Shown here one piece after another: positions 1-10,858 of a stretch of DNA of 64,000 nt (the stretch's first letter is position 1; each line of letters opens with the position of its first letter). The notes under the pieces were generated by a model that was given only the letters and a program-made list of their open reading frames with translations, was not told where the DNA came from and made no database searches. The position numbers and the translations under genes are program-made. Source of the DNA: Candidatus Omnitrophota bacterium. Its GTDB lineage: Bacteria > Omnitrophota > Gorgyraeia > Zapsychrales > JBAZNR01. The stretch lies in contig JBAZNR010000002.1 of NCBI GenBank assembly GCA_041649175.1, forward strand, positions 114,822 through 178,821, written 5' to 3'.

Positions 1-25
1 GATCATTGCCGACGCCCACTTTTAA

Positions 26-610
26 ATGATAAAACTCGCACAGAATAAAATATTCATCTTTTTTTCAATCTTTAGCGTTTTGGTAATTGCCGTAGTTTAT
101 CAATTGTCTCCGCAGAAAAAACTTCCGGTTTTAGGGAATGTCGTTGATTTTTCCTTGCTCGATTCAACTCAAAAACAAGTTTCGCTAAGCAACTTTAAGA
201 ATAAGGTTTGGGTTGCCAATTTCTTTTTTACAACCTGTGGAAGCATTTGTCCGATGATGACGCAGAATATGATGAAGGTCTACAAGAGATTCCTTGATGA
301 TCCCGATGTTCACTATGTTTCTATATCGGTCAATCCCGAATTTGATTCTCCCGAGATCCTCACGCGCTACGCTCAAAAATATGGGGCAGATCCGTTAAAA
401 TGGCATTTTTTGACCGGGCCGCGGGAATCCATTCAAGAGTTGGCTGTTAAAGGCTTTAAAGTCGGGACAGTTGATGAGCCTGTTTTCCATAGCAGTTATT
501 TTATCCTCATCGACAAAAACGCCAATATCCGCGGGTATTATGACGGCATCACCCAAAAGGGCGTTGATCAATTGACAGCTGATATTGCTTTGCTTTTAAA
601 GGAAAAATAA
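26..610 (+). CDS. SCO1/SenC-family thioredoxin-fold copper chaperone (cytochrome oxidase assembly type)
   Basis: The 194-aa ORF has an N-terminal hydrophobic anchor and the SCO1-type motif FFTTCGSICP (CxxxC) in a thioredoxin-like context. Its stop overlaps the next start by 1 nt (TAATG). Confidence 0.7.
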   Translation: MIKLAQNKIFIFFSIFSVLVIAVVYQLSPQKKLPVLGNVVDFSLLDSTQKQVSLSNFKNKVWVANFFFTTCGSICPMMTQNMMKVYKRFLDDPDVHYVSISVNPEFDSPEILTRYAQKYGADPLKWHFLTGPRESIQELAVKGFKVGTVDEPVFHSSYFILIDKNANIRGYYDGITQKGVDQLTADIALLLKEK

Positions 611-1023
611 TGACTGTGCATCTTCCAACAATTAATGCGAGCCTGAATGCCTTGGCGGGCATTTTTTTGTTTTTGGGGTGGAGAGCTATTCGAAAAGGCG
701 ACCAAGCCGGCCATAAGAAATTCATGATCTGTGCTTTGATAACCTCAATGGTATTTCTGGTGTCTTATATAACCTATCATGCTTTATCGTCGGGGCCGAC
801 ACGCTATCACGGGCAAGGGATTTTGCGCTGGATCTATTTCTTTATTTTAGGGACGCATACGCCGCTGGCGGCTTTGGTTGTTCCGTGCAGTATTGCGGCG
901 GTTTGGCAGGCGATCCGCGGGAATTTAACGTTGCATACAAAGATCACAAAGTGGCTTTTACCGGTATGGATGTATGTTTCGGTGACAGGAGTGATTATTT
1001 ATTTAATGCTTTACGTGTTTTAA
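610..1023 (+). CDS. DUF420-family integral membrane protein (commonly paired with SCO1)
   Basis: The 137-aa polytopic membrane protein has the pattern NASLNALAGIFLFLGWRAIRKG...HKKFMICALITS typical of DUF420 as I recall it. It is translationally coupled to the SCO1 gene. Confidence 0.55.
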   Translation: MTVHLPTINASLNALAGIFLFLGWRAIRKGDQAGHKKFMICALITSMVFLVSYITYHALSSGPTRYHGQGILRWIYFFILGTHTPLAALVVPCSIAAVWQAIRGNLTLHTKITKWLLPVWMYVSVTGVIIYLMLYVF

Positions 1024-1341
1024 TTTCGAAACGAGCTTTTGGCAACCTGCCCAAATCAGTAGAAACAACGTTTTTTGTCTTCCAATAAAAAACTTCGATT
1101 GTCCCAAAAGAATCCCATAAATTAAAAGCAAAACTTGGTAAATCGGTAAAAATATCCCAATATAAATAAATATCCTAAGCCCCAGCGCCACTTTTGATAG
1201 CGGGGCAAGGAAATCATGTAAAAGTGGTTTTAAGACCATGGCTTCCGTTGATCCGGCCAAAGAGAAGGCGGCAAGGATCGCCAGAATATCGGAAGATTTC
1301 TTAATATCCCATTTTGTTTTAAGGCGTTCGATAAATTTCAT
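1003..1341 (-). CDS. hypothetical small membrane protein
   Basis: The 112-aa ORF has 2-3 predicted TM helices. I recognise no motifs. Confidence 0.3.
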   Translation of the reverse strand: MKFIERLKTKWDIKKSSDILAILAAFSLAGSTEAMVLKPLLHDFLAPLSKVALGLRIFIYIGIFLPIYQVLLLIYGILLGQSKFFIGRQKTLFLLIWAGCQKLVSKLKHVKH

Positions 1342-1654
1342 AAGAGCCGCAATCTTTAGGTTGGTTTATAAACGCGTAGTAAAAAATAGATCCCCGCTCC
1401 CAATAGGATTACTGCAAAGATGGCAAGGGTCGCAATTGCTATTTTAAGGCTGTCTAAATTAGTTTTAATTTCTGGCTTAGTATTCATTTGCTTCTCAAAA
1501 GTAGTCTTTCCGTCAAATAACCACCGCCAAAAAAGATCGTTCCGCCCAGCAAGATTTTCATATTGATAAGCTCAGGGAAAGCGGTGATAAAGCCTATTCC
1601 GATAACGGCAAGTCCGGCTGCTTGAAGGATTTTTGCGAATAGGTACATGTGCTT

Positions 1655-2143
1655 TTAAGGCTCGCCAAGTTTTAATCCGGACAATTCTAGGAATATTTTT
1701 GTACTTTCCCGAAAGCTCGCGTGCTCAACAGATATTATTTTAATAAAGTGGATAAAAGCAGCCAAGAAAAGCAATCCGTGAAGCCATCCGGGAAAGCGGT
1801 TGGTATCGACCGCGCCGCCGGTGATAAAAACGCACGACACAAGCAAGATGTTGAGCATAACCGGCGGATAGATCTTTTTTTTGATTGTCAGAGCTCTTTG
1901 ATAGAGATTTTTATCGGAGGTGGCATCTTTCGCGATGTGCTCTTTAATGGTCATTCCGTTTCCCACAAAAAAGAAAATGATGATCGTTTGTGTAAAGAGG
2001 TAAATGATCAAAGTAAAGATGGCAAAGGCAGGGTGGCCGACTTGAAAAATGGAAAATTGCAAAAGCCCTTGAAGCCCGGTGAGAAAAAGCAAAAGGGCGG
2101 TAATGGCGGTCATCAAGTAGCAAAGGTACATAAAAGACCACAT
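1655..2143 (-). CDS. hypothetical integral membrane protein
   Basis: The 162-aa ORF is strongly hydrophobic with about 4 TM segments. The overlapping + strand ORF 1721..2311 is Lys/Arg-rich and low-complexity, so it looks like an antisense artefact, which makes the minus-strand ORF the more credible one. Confidence 0.4.
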   Translation of the reverse strand: MWSFMYLCYLMTAITALLLFLTGLQGLLQFSIFQVGHPAFAIFTLIIYLFTQTIIIFFFVGNGMTIKEHIAKDATSDKNLYQRALTIKKKIYPPVMLNILLVSCVFITGGAVDTNRFPGWLHGLLFLAAFIHFIKIISVEHASFRESTKIFLELSGLKLGEP

Positions 2144-2244
2144 AGAGGTGTCCTTTTAAAACGGTTTCATTTCTTAGGCCAGCGACACCAAAAAGAGCGC
2201 AAAGCGCGCTCTTTTTGGAGAAAACATTTTTCTTGCGTTGATCC

Positions 2245-2529
2245 TTACTTTGTTGGCGGCCCTAAGGGCTCTTTTTTTTCCGTTATGACTGGAAGAGTTT
2301 TTGATTTTTGAATGTTGATTTCAGTGTAATTCTTCCATTTTTCGGGAAGGTCGTCCTGGGTAAAGATAGCTTGGACGGGGCATTCCGGGATGCAAGCGCC
2401 GCAGTCAATGCAAACTTCCGGGTCTATGACCAGCATTTCGGCGTCTTCATGGAAACAGTCCACGGGGCAAACCGCAACGCAGTCAGTGTATTTACATTTA
2501 ACACAGGGTTCAGCAACAATGTGAGCCAT
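2245..2529 (-). CDS. fdx: ferredoxin with two Fe-S cluster motifs (7Fe/2x[4Fe-4S] type)
   Basis: The 94-aa ORF has [14 protein letters not shown] plus [12 protein letters not shown], the classic FdxA-like arrangement. It lies immediately downstream of the radical-SAM gene on the same strand. Confidence 0.8.
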   Translation of the reverse strand: MAHIVAEPCVKCKYTDCVAVCPVDCFHEDAEMLVIDPEVCIDCGACIPECPVQAIFTQDDLPEKWKNYTEINIQKSKTLPVITEKKEPLGPPTK

Positions 2530-2624
2530 ACAATTTCCTCCTCTTTAATGAATGATCAAAAGTTGTTTTATATGCTATCAAATGCTGACTTTTCTGTCAA
2601 TCGGCAAAATCAAAACTTTTATCG

Positions 2625-4127
2625 CTAAAGCGAGACGGTATCGTTCTGGGTGATGGCGTTGATAAGGCTTTTTTCAGGGGCGGCCTTTTTAACTTGGCCG
2701 GTGATTTTCTTAAAGAAATAATCAAGGAACGCTTTAAATCCGTGAAGTTTTCTAAGTAAATCTCCGACATTGCGGATGGAAATGAACATTTTCCACATTT
2801 GTTTTGGGCGAAGATAAAATTCCTTTAAGCCCGTATCGATCATCTCGTCGATCTCTTTATAGGATAATTGCGGATAATTAAGCAAAGTGCGTTGTTCATG
2901 TTGTGGGGTAAGCCACTCGCGCCAGTCTTTCGCAAGAAGATATCCTTTTTCTTTAGCCCATTTATAAAGGCTTGTTCCCGGGTAAGCCGCAACGCCGGTA
3001 ATTTGAATGGTGTCCATCGGAAGGGATTTGGCGAAGTCAATTGTTTTTCGGGCGCTGTCGCGTGTTTCTCCGGGAGCGCCGATCATAAAGCACCCGTGAA
3101 CGGTAAAGCCCAGTTCGCTGGCGCGATTGGCATAACGGCGGGCCATATCAGTGCTAACACCGCCTTTGTGGACAGCGCGCAGTGCTTCATTAGTGCCGAA
3201 TTCAAATCCGGTCATCAACATGCGGCATCCGGCCTTACGCATAAGGGGAAGCAGTTCTAAGTCGGTATTAACGCGCATATTACAAGACCAAGTGATTTTT
3301 TTATTGATGCCGCGCTTCATGATCTCTTCGCAGACTTCCGTGACGTGCTTTTTATCGGCGGCAAAGGTGTCGGTTTCGAACATGATCTCTCGGATCTGCG
3401 GATGAGTTTTTATGTCGTATTCCATCTCGTCCACAACGAGCTGGGCGTGGCGATTGCGCAGTCGATAACCATACATGAGTTGCGGATCGCGGCAAAAAGA
3501 ACAGGCATTATTGCAGCCTCGTCCGGTGATAAGAGTTAAAAACGGGAATTTTTTTCCGCCATCGGGATACCATTCCGGTTTAATGAGCTGCCAAGCCGGA
3601 AAGGGAAGTTCATTTACATCAATGGTGGGGCGTTCGGGATTATGAACAACGGCTGTTTTATCCCACCAGGACATCCCTAAAATAGATTTTGGATCCATTC
3701 TGTCGGCGAGTTCGCGTAAGGAATAGTCGTATTCGCGATGTAAAACATAATCTACGGTGCCGCGGCCGATCTCAAAGGTATTATCGGGCTCGGCGGTGAC
3801 ATGTTGTCCGACGAAAGCAACTTTGCAACCGGTTGCTTCTTTGATCGTTTTTGCTTGCTCAATGTCGGCATAAATAGACGGAGTTGTGGCATGAATGACT
3901 AAAAGTTCCGGATTGAATTCTTTGGCGCGGCGAAAGGATTCTTCGACGGAAAGGTTTTGAGCGGCTGCTTCTAAGAATTCAACTTTGTGCCCGCGGTCAA
4001 TAAGGATCTGGGCAGCGATGAGCAGAAACTCGGGGTGGCGCTGAACGCGTCCGCGCGACTTAGCGGCCCAGCGGGCAACGCGAACAAAATCTTCGCCGTA
4101 AGATGGATTTAAAAGGAGGACATTCAT
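2625..4127 (-). CDS. B12-binding-domain radical SAM protein (class B radical SAM)
   Basis: The 500-aa ORF has an N-terminal Rossmann-like B12-binding-type region and the radical SAM motif GRGCNNACSFCRD (CxxxCxxC) in mid-protein. The C-terminal half is typical for this family. Confidence 0.7.
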   Translation of the reverse strand: MNVLLLNPSYGEDFVRVARWAAKSRGRVQRHPEFLLIAAQILIDRGHKVEFLEAAAQNLSVEESFRRAKEFNPELLVIHATTPSIYADIEQAKTIKEATGCKVAFVGQHVTAEPDNTFEIGRGTVDYVLHREYDYSLRELADRMDPKSILGMSWWDKTAVVHNPERPTIDVNELPFPAWQLIKPEWYPDGGKKFPFLTLITGRGCNNACSFCRDPQLMYGYRLRNRHAQLVVDEMEYDIKTHPQIREIMFETDTFAADKKHVTEVCEEIMKRGINKKITWSCNMRVNTDLELLPLMRKAGCRMLMTGFEFGTNEALRAVHKGGVSTDMARRYANRASELGFTVHGCFMIGAPGETRDSARKTIDFAKSLPMDTIQITGVAAYPGTSLYKWAKEKGYLLAKDWREWLTPQHEQRTLLNYPQLSYKEIDEMIDTGLKEFYLRPKQMWKMFISIRNVGDLLRKLHGFKAFLDYFFKKITGQVKKAAPEKSLINAITQNDTVSL

Positions 4128-4241
4128 AGGTTAACTAAGTAATTTTAGTACGTATATAATCTAACCGTAAAAGTTGATTATTGCAAGGTAATTCTCATAA
4201 ACAATACTTAAGAAAAACTAACAACTTTCGCAAACTATCAA

Positions 4242-4270
4242 TTGACGCTCCGAAGAGCTTTCTATATAAT
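4242..4270 (+). promoter_or_regulatory. sigma70-like promoter for acnA (TTGACG-17 nt-TATAAT)
   Basis: TTGACG lies at 4242..4247, a 17-nt spacer follows, and a perfect TATAAT lies at 4265..4270. An AAGGA Shine-Dalgarno precedes the ATG at 4305. The ORF-track start at 4242 would overlap this promoter. Confidence 0.5.
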
Positions 4271-4304
4271 GCACCTGTTTATCGACAATTTTAAGGATGT
4301 GCTT

Positions 4305-7010
4305 ATGAGTAAAAAATTTGACCCAAAAAGTGTTTTAAAATCGATCAAAACTAAAGCGGGAAAGGCTTTTTATTTTTCTCTTATAGAATTGGAAAAATCC
4401 GGCTTTAAGAATGTTTCGCGCCTTCCATTTTCTATCCGCGTGCTTTTAGAAAGCGCCGTTCGTAATTTCGACAACTACCAAATTACCATCAACGATATCA
4501 ATCGCCTGGCGAATTGGCAAGAACATTTTTCAAATCCTCAGGAAGTCGCTTTTAAACCGGGCCGTGTTATTTTGCAGGATTTTACCGGCGTGCCGTGCGT
4601 GGTTGATCTTGCGGCGATGCGTTCGGCTTTAAAACGCCTTGGCGGAGATTTTCGTAAAATAAATCCGCAAGTTTCCTGTGATCTGGTCATTGATCATTCT
4701 GTGCAAGTGGATGCCTTTGGCGCCAAAGATTCCTTTTCGTTAAATGTCGAAAAAGAATTTGAGCGCAATCAGGAACGGTATGAATTTTTAAAATGGGGGC
4801 AAAATGCGTTTAAGAATTTCCGCGTTGTTCCTCCGGCGACCGGCATTGTGCATCAAGTCAATTTAGAATATTTAGCCCAGGGGGTTCTCAAGAAAAAATC
4901 GTCGCAAGGAACAATCCTTTATCCGGACAGCCTCGTCGGAACAGATAGCCATACGACCATGATCAATGGGCTTGGGATCGTCGGCTGGGGCGTAGGCGGC
5001 ATTGAAGCCGAAGCGGTTATGTTGGGTGAGCCGATCTATATGCTTCTTCCGGGCGTTCTTGGTGTTCGACTGACCGGAAAACTTAAAGACGGAATTACCG
5101 CGACCGATCTGGTTTTGACAGTGACGCAGCTTTTGCGAAAAAAAGGTGTTGTCGGAAAGTTTGTTGAGTTTTTCGGAGACGGACTTAAAGCATTAAGCTT
5201 GCCGGACCGGGCCACCATTAGCAATATGGCGCCGGAATATGGTGCGACGATGGGCTATTTTCCGGTTGATGACCAGGCATTGCGTTACTATCGAATAACC
5301 GGACGAGCCAAGACAGATGTTGATCTTGTTGAGCGTTACATGAAAGAGCAAGAAATGTTTTATACGCCCGGATCTAATGACCCGCACTTTCCGGACGTTT
5401 TAGAATTAGATCTTGCCACGATCGAGCCGAGTTTAGCCGGCCCCAAGCGGCCGCAAGACCGTGTTGTTGTCCAGGAGATGAAAAATGTTTTCAAGAAATC
5501 TTTAACCGCGCCTGTTGCCGAGCGTGGATACGGGCTTTTACCCGAGCAGCTTTCTAAAAAGATTTCTATGTCTGATGGGCAAAATGAAACACTTTCACAC
5601 GGATCGGTCGTGATCGCGGCTATTACGAGCTGCACCAATACATCAAATCCTTCTGTGATGATCGGAGCCGCTTTGTTGGCTAAAAAAGCTTTTGAGCGCG
5701 GCTTGGTAATGCCTAAATTTGTTAAAACAAGTTTTGCGCCGGGCTCGCGCGTGGTTATCGAGTATTTGAAGAATTCCGGCTTGATGATGTATTTAGAAAA
5801 ATTTGGTTTTCATTTAGTAGGCTATGGATGCACGACGTGCATTGGCAATAGCGGCCCATTGCCGGAAAATATTTCCAAAGTGATCAAAGAGGGAAATTTG
5901 GTCGCGGCCAGTGTTTTGAGTGGAAACCGTAATTTTGAAGGCCGTATTAATCCGTCAACAAAAGCAAATTATTTAGCAAGCCCGCCCTTGGTGGTCGCCT
6001 ATGCTTTAGCCGGGCGCGTTGATATTGATCTGACGAAAGAACCAATCGGCAAAGATAAAAAGGGAAAAGATGTTTTCTTAAAAGATATTTGGCCGGCGCA
6101 AGCAGAAATTGATTTGGTTGTATCAAAAGTTATTACGGCAAAAATGTTTAGCGCGCGTTACAAGGATGTTTTTAAGGGAAACCGTGATTGGAATAAGATC
6201 AAGACGGTTAAATCCGATCTCTATTCCTGGCGGGAGAAAAGTACTTATATCCAGGAGCCTCCGTTTTTTATTGATCTAAAGCAAGACGTTGATCCGGTTG
6301 GTGACATCAAAGCGGCTCGTGTTTTGGTGATGGTTGGTGATTCGATCACAACCGATCATATTTCTCCGGCGGGAGCTATTGCAAAGGGAAGCCCGGCTGG
6401 CGTTTATTTGGAAAGCCTGGGCGTTGAGCCTATCGATTTTAACAGCTATGGGTCACGACGGGGAAATGACCGGGTGATGACCAGAGGAACCTTTGCTAAT
6501 ATTCGTTTGCGGAATTTATTAGTTCCTGACTCAGAAGGCCCATGGACAAATTATTTTCCAAAGAATAGCAAGATGACGATCTTTGATGCGTCTTTAGCTT
6601 ATAATAAAGACAAAACACCACTACTGGTTTTGGCCGGAAAAGAATATGGGACCGGTTCCAGCCGCGATTGGGCGGCAAAAGGAGCGGCCTTGCTCGGTGT
6701 TCGTGTCGTTCTTGCAGAAAGTTACGAACGCATTCATCGCAGTAATTTGGTTGGCATGGGTGTTTTGCCTCTAGAATACAAAGTAGGTGATTCTCGTCAA
6801 ACACTTGGGCTGGATGGCACGGAAGTTTTTGATTTTTGCGGCATTGATGATCAATTAAAGCCTCGGCAGGAAATTTTAGTTCGCGCGCGCGGCACAAATG
6901 GTGCGATCAAGGAATTTAAGGCCATTGCCCGCCTTGATACGCCCGTCGACGTTGACTATTATCGAAACGGTGGTATACTTCCAACAGTTTTGCGAAAACT
7001 TGCAAAATAA
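4305..7010 (+). CDS. acnA: aconitate hydratase A (aconitase)
   Basis: The ~900-aa ORF matches aconitase-family Fe-S cluster-ligand regions ([26 protein letters not shown]) and the C-terminal swivel domain. The start is moved to MSKKFDP at 4305 on the basis of the promoter and RBS. Confidence 0.9.
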   Translation: MSKKFDPKSVLKSIKTKAGKAFYFSLIELEKSGFKNVSRLPFSIRVLLESAVRNFDNYQITINDINRLANWQEHFSNPQEVAFKPGRVILQDFTGVPCVVDLAAMRSALKRLGGDFRKINPQVSCDLVIDHSVQVDAFGAKDSFSLNVEKEFERNQERYEFLKWGQNAFKNFRVVPPATGIVHQVNLEYLAQGVLKKKSSQGTILYPDSLVGTDSHTTMINGLGIVGWGVGGIEAEAVMLGEPIYMLLPGVLGVRLTGKLKDGITATDLVLTVTQLLRKKGVVGKFVEFFGDGLKALSLPDRATISNMAPEYGATMGYFPVDDQALRYYRITGRAKTDVDLVERYMKEQEMFYTPGSNDPHFPDVLELDLATIEPSLAGPKRPQDRVVVQEMKNVFKKSLTAPVAERGYGLLPEQLSKKISMSDGQNETLSHGSVVIAAITSCTNTSNPSVMIGAALLAKKAFERGLVMPKFVKTSFAPGSRVVIEYLKNSGLMMYLEKFGFHLVGYGCTTCIGNSGPLPENISKVIKEGNLVAASVLSGNRNFEGRINPSTKANYLASPPLVVAYALAGRVDIDLTKEPIGKDKKGKDVFLKDIWPAQAEIDLVVSKVITAKMFSARYKDVFKGNRDWNKIKTVKSDLYSWREKSTYIQEPPFFIDLKQDVDPVGDIKAARVLVMVGDSITTDHISPAGAIAKGSPAGVYLESLGVEPIDFNSYGSRRGNDRVMTRGTFANIRLRNLLVPDSEGPWTNYFPKNSKMTIFDASLAYNKDKTPLLVLAGKEYGTGSSRDWAAKGAALLGVRVVLAESYERIHRSNLVGMGVLPLEYKVGDSRQTLGLDGTEVFDFCGIDDQLKPRQEILVRARGTNGAIKEFKAIARLDTPVDVDYYRNGGILPTVLRKLAK

Positions 7011-7092
7011 TTCCGCGTTGTCTTCGAAATGCCTATTGACAGCCCGAACCGATTCCGATAAAATCGTCTATATTTTTCTTAACATAAGGTAA

Positions 7093-8499
7093 ATGATGCC
7101 AAAAACAATGTATCAAAAAATTTGGGATGATCATTTGGTCTACGAAAATCCGCAGACCACGTCGATCATTTATGTTGATAAGCACTTGGTCCATGAAGTG
7201 ACTTCTCCTCAGGCTTTTGAAGGATTACGATCATCGAAGCGAAAGATCCATTCTCCCGAAAAGACCGTTGCGACCATGGACCACAATGTTCCGACGAGAA
7301 CAAAAGATCTGTCTTTAGCCGAAGAAACTTCACGCATTCAAATTAGCACCTTAGAGCGCAACTGTAAGGAATTTGACGTCAAATTATTTGATTTCGCCGA
7401 TCCCGATCAGGGCATTGTGCACATTATCGGCCCGGAAATGGGAATGACGCAGCCCGGCATGATCATTGTTTGCGGTGACTCTCATACGTCCACGCACGGC
7501 GCTTTTGGCGCCTTGGCGTTTGGCATTGGAACGTCAGAAGTTGAACATGTTTTAGCGACGCAAACCTTACAACAAAATAAAGCACAATCCATGTTGATCA
7601 GTATCGACGGAACATTGCCGTTTGGTGCCACCGCCAAAGATATCATTTTGTATATTATCGGGCAGATCGGCACCGCCGGTGCGACGGGCTATGTTGTTGA
7701 GTACGGCGGAAGCGCGATTCGTGCTTTGAGCATGGAAGGCCGCATGACGATCTGCAATATGAGCATTGAAGCAGGTGCGCGCGCGGGGATGGTCGCTCCC
7801 GATGAAACAACATTTGCTTATTTAAAGGACCGTGATTTTTCTCCCAAGGGAGCGGATTGGGAAAAGGCAGTCGCGTTCTGGAAAACACTTCCCAGCGATC
7901 CCAATGCTAAGTTTGACCGCGTGATCAAAATCAAAGCCGAAGATATTTTACCGCAAGTTACTTGGGGAACAAGCCCGGGACAAGTGACGTCGATCGAGGG
8001 AAAAGTTCCTGATCCAAGTTCTTTTTCAAATCCGGTTGATCAACAAGGAGCCAGCGACGCGTTGAAGTATATGGATTTAAAACCGGGAACGCCGATGCAA
8101 CAAATTCCCATTGATAAAGTGTTTATCGGTTCTTGTACCAATGCGCGTATTGAAGACTTACGCCTGGCCGCGAAAATGGCAAAGGGTAAGAAAATTTCCT
8201 CAAAGGTAAAAGCGATCGTCGTTCCGGGTTCCGGACGGGTGCGCCGTCAGGCGGAAAAAGAAGGTTTGGATAAAATTTTCATTGAAGCCGGCTTTGAATG
8301 GCGATTTGCCGGATGCTCCATGTGTTTAGGGATGAACGATGACCGTTTAAATCCGGGGGAGCGATGTGCTTCAACAAGTAATCGTAATTTTGAAGGCCGT
8401 CAAGGGCGCGGCGGGCGTACGCATTTGATGAGCCCGGAAATGGCTGTTGTCGCGGCCATGGAAGGACGCATTGCCGACGTCAGAAAGTATTTAAAATAA
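7093..8499 (+). CDS. leuC: 3-isopropylmalate dehydratase large subunit
   Basis: The 468-aa aconitase-family large subunit has [13 protein letters not shown] and NRNFEGRQG motifs and an N-terminus [15 protein letters not shown] that resembles LeuC. Confidence 0.85.
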   Translation: MMPKTMYQKIWDDHLVYENPQTTSIIYVDKHLVHEVTSPQAFEGLRSSKRKIHSPEKTVATMDHNVPTRTKDLSLAEETSRIQISTLERNCKEFDVKLFDFADPDQGIVHIIGPEMGMTQPGMIIVCGDSHTSTHGAFGALAFGIGTSEVEHVLATQTLQQNKAQSMLISIDGTLPFGATAKDIILYIIGQIGTAGATGYVVEYGGSAIRALSMEGRMTICNMSIEAGARAGMVAPDETTFAYLKDRDFSPKGADWEKAVAFWKTLPSDPNAKFDRVIKIKAEDILPQVTWGTSPGQVTSIEGKVPDPSSFSNPVDQQGASDALKYMDLKPGTPMQQIPIDKVFIGSCTNARIEDLRLAAKMAKGKKISSKVKAIVVPGSGRVRRQAEKEGLDKIFIEAGFEWRFAGCSMCLGMNDDRLNPGERCASTSNRNFEGRQGRGGRTHLMSPEMAVVAAMEGRIADVRKYLK

Positions 8500-8500
8500 T

Positions 8501-9124
8501 ATGAAGCCATTCGAAACTCATACAGGAATTATTGCGCCGCTCGACCGTGTTAATGTTGATACCGACGCCATTATCCCAAAGCAATTCTTGCGCAAAGTGG
8601 ATAAGATCGGCTTTGGAAAACATCTTTTTCACGAATGGCGCTATACGGATATTGACGGGAAAGTAGAAAACCCCGAATTCATTCTGAATAAAGGCGTTTT
8701 TCGTAAAGCGACAGTTTTGCTGGCGCGCGCCAATTTCGGCTGCGGTTCTAGCCGGGAACATGCGCCGTGGGCTTTGGAAGATTTTGGTTTTCGCGTTATT
8801 GTCGCGCCGAGCTTTGCGGAGATCTTCTATAATAATTGTTTTAAAAACGGTATCTTGCCCGTTATTTTAACGGCCAAGGAAGTTGATGAATTATTTGTAC
8901 AAGTTTTAGCAAGTCCGGGTGTAGAATTAAAAGCAGATTTGGTCGCGCAGAAAATAAATGGGCCTAAAAACCAAACATATTCGTTTTCTATTAATTCATT
9001 CGCTAAGGAATGTTTATTGAAAGGGTTAGACAGCATCGGTTGGACGCAGCAATTTAACGATAAGATCGCCGCTTACGAAAAAACCAAATCGGCCGAAAAG
9101 CCCTGGTTGTTTGCCCGCAAGTAA
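8501..9124 (+). CDS. leuD: 3-isopropylmalate dehydratase small subunit
   Basis: The 207-aa ORF directly follows leuC. The LeuD-type region GCGSSREHAPWAL is present. Confidence 0.85.
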   Translation: MKPFETHTGIIAPLDRVNVDTDAIIPKQFLRKVDKIGFGKHLFHEWRYTDIDGKVENPEFILNKGVFRKATVLLARANFGCGSSREHAPWALEDFGFRVIVAPSFAEIFYNNCFKNGILPVILTAKEVDELFVQVLASPGVELKADLVAQKINGPKNQTYSFSINSFAKECLLKGLDSIGWTQQFNDKIAAYEKTKSAEKPWLFARK

Positions 9125-9139
9125 GGAGTTTTTAAAGCC

Positions 9140-10855
9140 ATGAAGAACGATAAGAAAACAAGTCAAAACGCGCATCGCCAATTTTCCGCGATCGTAACTG
9201 ACGGAAGCCATCGAGCGCCGAACCGTTCTATGCTTCGCGCGGTTGGATTTAAAGATGATGATTTTAAAAAATCCCAGATCGGCGTTGTTTCAACCTGGAG
9301 TATGTTAACGCCGTGCAATATGCATATTGACAAATTAGCGCTCGAAGCGGTTAGCGGTATCGATGCGGCAGGCGGTAAAGGAATTATTTTCGGAACGATC
9401 ACCGTTTCCGACGGTATTTCGATGGGAACAGAAGGAATGAAATATTCTTTAGTTTCCCGGGAAGTTATTGCGGATTCGGTGGAAACGGTCGCGGGATGCG
9501 AAGGCTTTGACGGCCTGGTAGCCATCGGCGGCTGCGATAAGAATATGCCGGGATGCATCATGGCGATTGCGCGGCTCAATCGTCCGGCTGTCTTTGTTTA
9601 TGGCGGAACGATCCTTCCTGGCTGCTACAAAGGAAAAGATGTTGATATTGTTTCTGTTTTTGAAGCAGTGGGCGCGCATGCCAATCAGAAAATTGGCGAT
9701 GCGGAATTAACGGCGATCGAATCCTGCGCAATCCCTGGGCCCGGTTCTTGCGGTGGAATGTATACGGCTAATACCATGGCGAGCGCCATTGAAGCGCTGG
9801 GCATGAGCCTTCCCAATAGTTCCGCGCAAGCTGCTATTTCTCCGGAAAAAAATCAGGATTGCCAAAGAGCTGGTGAAGCGGTTTTAAATTTGATCAAACT
9901 TGGTATTCGTCCGAAAGACATTATGACGCGTAAAGCTTTTGAAAATGCGATCACCGTTGTAACAGCTTTAGGCGGGTCAACCAATGCGGTTTTGCATCTT
10001 TTAGCCATTGCGCATACGGTTGGCGTTAAATTAACTATTGATGATTTTGCGAAGATCTGTAAAAAAGCTCCTGTCTTGGCGGATCTAAAACCAAGCGGTA
10101 AGCACGTCGTCGCGGATTTAGTGAAGATTGGCGGTTTAACGCCGCTTCTTCGTTTATTGCTTGAGGCCGGTCTTCTTCATGGGGATTGCCTGACCGTAAC
10201 AGGAAAAACACTCGCTGAGAATTTAGTTGATGTGAACCCGTATCCCAAAGGACAAACCGTTGTCCGTCCTTTAAGTGATCCTATAAAACGCGAAGGACAC
10301 ATTGTTATTTTATACGGTAATTTAGCGTCCGAAGGCGCTGTCGCGAAGATTTCCGGAAAAGAAGGAAGTGTTTTTTCCGGCTCGGCCAAAGTTTTTAATT
10401 CAGAAGAAGAAGCCTTAGAAAAAATTCTGGACAATACGGTTAAAAAAGGCGATGTGATCGTTATTCGCTACGAAGGCCCAAAAGGCGGGCCCGGCATGCG
10501 GGAGATGCTGGCGCCGACTTCGGCGGTTATGGGAAAAGGCTTAGGAAAAGATGTCGCGCTTATTACCGACGGACGGTTTTCCGGCGGAAGCCATGGATTT
10601 GTAGTTGGACATATTACCCCTGAAGCTTACGTTGGCGGATTGTTAGCTATCGTAAAAGACGGCGATAAGATCACGATTGATGCCGAAAAACGCCAGATCA
10701 ATTTGGCCGTTCCTGCCGCGGAAATAAAGAAGCGATTCAAGGAATGGAAGCAACCAAAGCCTCGCTATACACGCGGCGTTTTAAGTAAATACGTAAAACT
10801 TGTCAATTCAGCTTCTTTAGGCGCGGTAACAGACGCTTTTAAAAACGGAGAATAA
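9140..10855 (+). CDS. ilvD: dihydroxy-acid dehydratase
   Basis: The 571-aa ORF has the IlvD/EDD family signatures [18 protein letters not shown] and [16 protein letters not shown]. Confidence 0.9.
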   Translation: MKNDKKTSQNAHRQFSAIVTDGSHRAPNRSMLRAVGFKDDDFKKSQIGVVSTWSMLTPCNMHIDKLALEAVSGIDAAGGKGIIFGTITVSDGISMGTEGMKYSLVSREVIADSVETVAGCEGFDGLVAIGGCDKNMPGCIMAIARLNRPAVFVYGGTILPGCYKGKDVDIVSVFEAVGAHANQKIGDAELTAIESCAIPGPGSCGGMYTANTMASAIEALGMSLPNSSAQAAISPEKNQDCQRAGEAVLNLIKLGIRPKDIMTRKAFENAITVVTALGGSTNAVLHLLAIAHTVGVKLTIDDFAKICKKAPVLADLKPSGKHVVADLVKIGGLTPLLRLLLEAGLLHGDCLTVTGKTLAENLVDVNPYPKGQTVVRPLSDPIKREGHIVILYGNLASEGAVAKISGKEGSVFSGSAKVFNSEEEALEKILDNTVKKGDVIVIRYEGPKGGPGMREMLAPTSAVMGKGLGKDVALITDGRFSGGSHGFVVGHITPEAYVGGLLAIVKDGDKITIDAEKRQINLAVPAAEIKKRFKEWKQPKPRYTRGVLSKYVKLVNSASLGAVTDAFKNGE

Positions 10856-10858
10856 AAA

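Noticed and set aside
1721-2311. 196-aa + strand ORF rich in K/R/G (MLNRYYFNKVDKSSQEKQSVKPSGKAVG...)
   Set aside because: It lies entirely antisense to a strongly hydrophobic minus-strand membrane ORF (1655..2143). Its low-complexity, basic composition is typical of the reverse frame of TM-coding DNA. It also overlaps the ferredoxin gene region, so I treat it as a non-coding artefact.
6898-7092. 64-aa ORF overlapping the acnA 3' end and the acnA-leuC spacer
   Set aside because: It overlaps a well-supported gene in another frame and has no RBS, so I take it as spurious.
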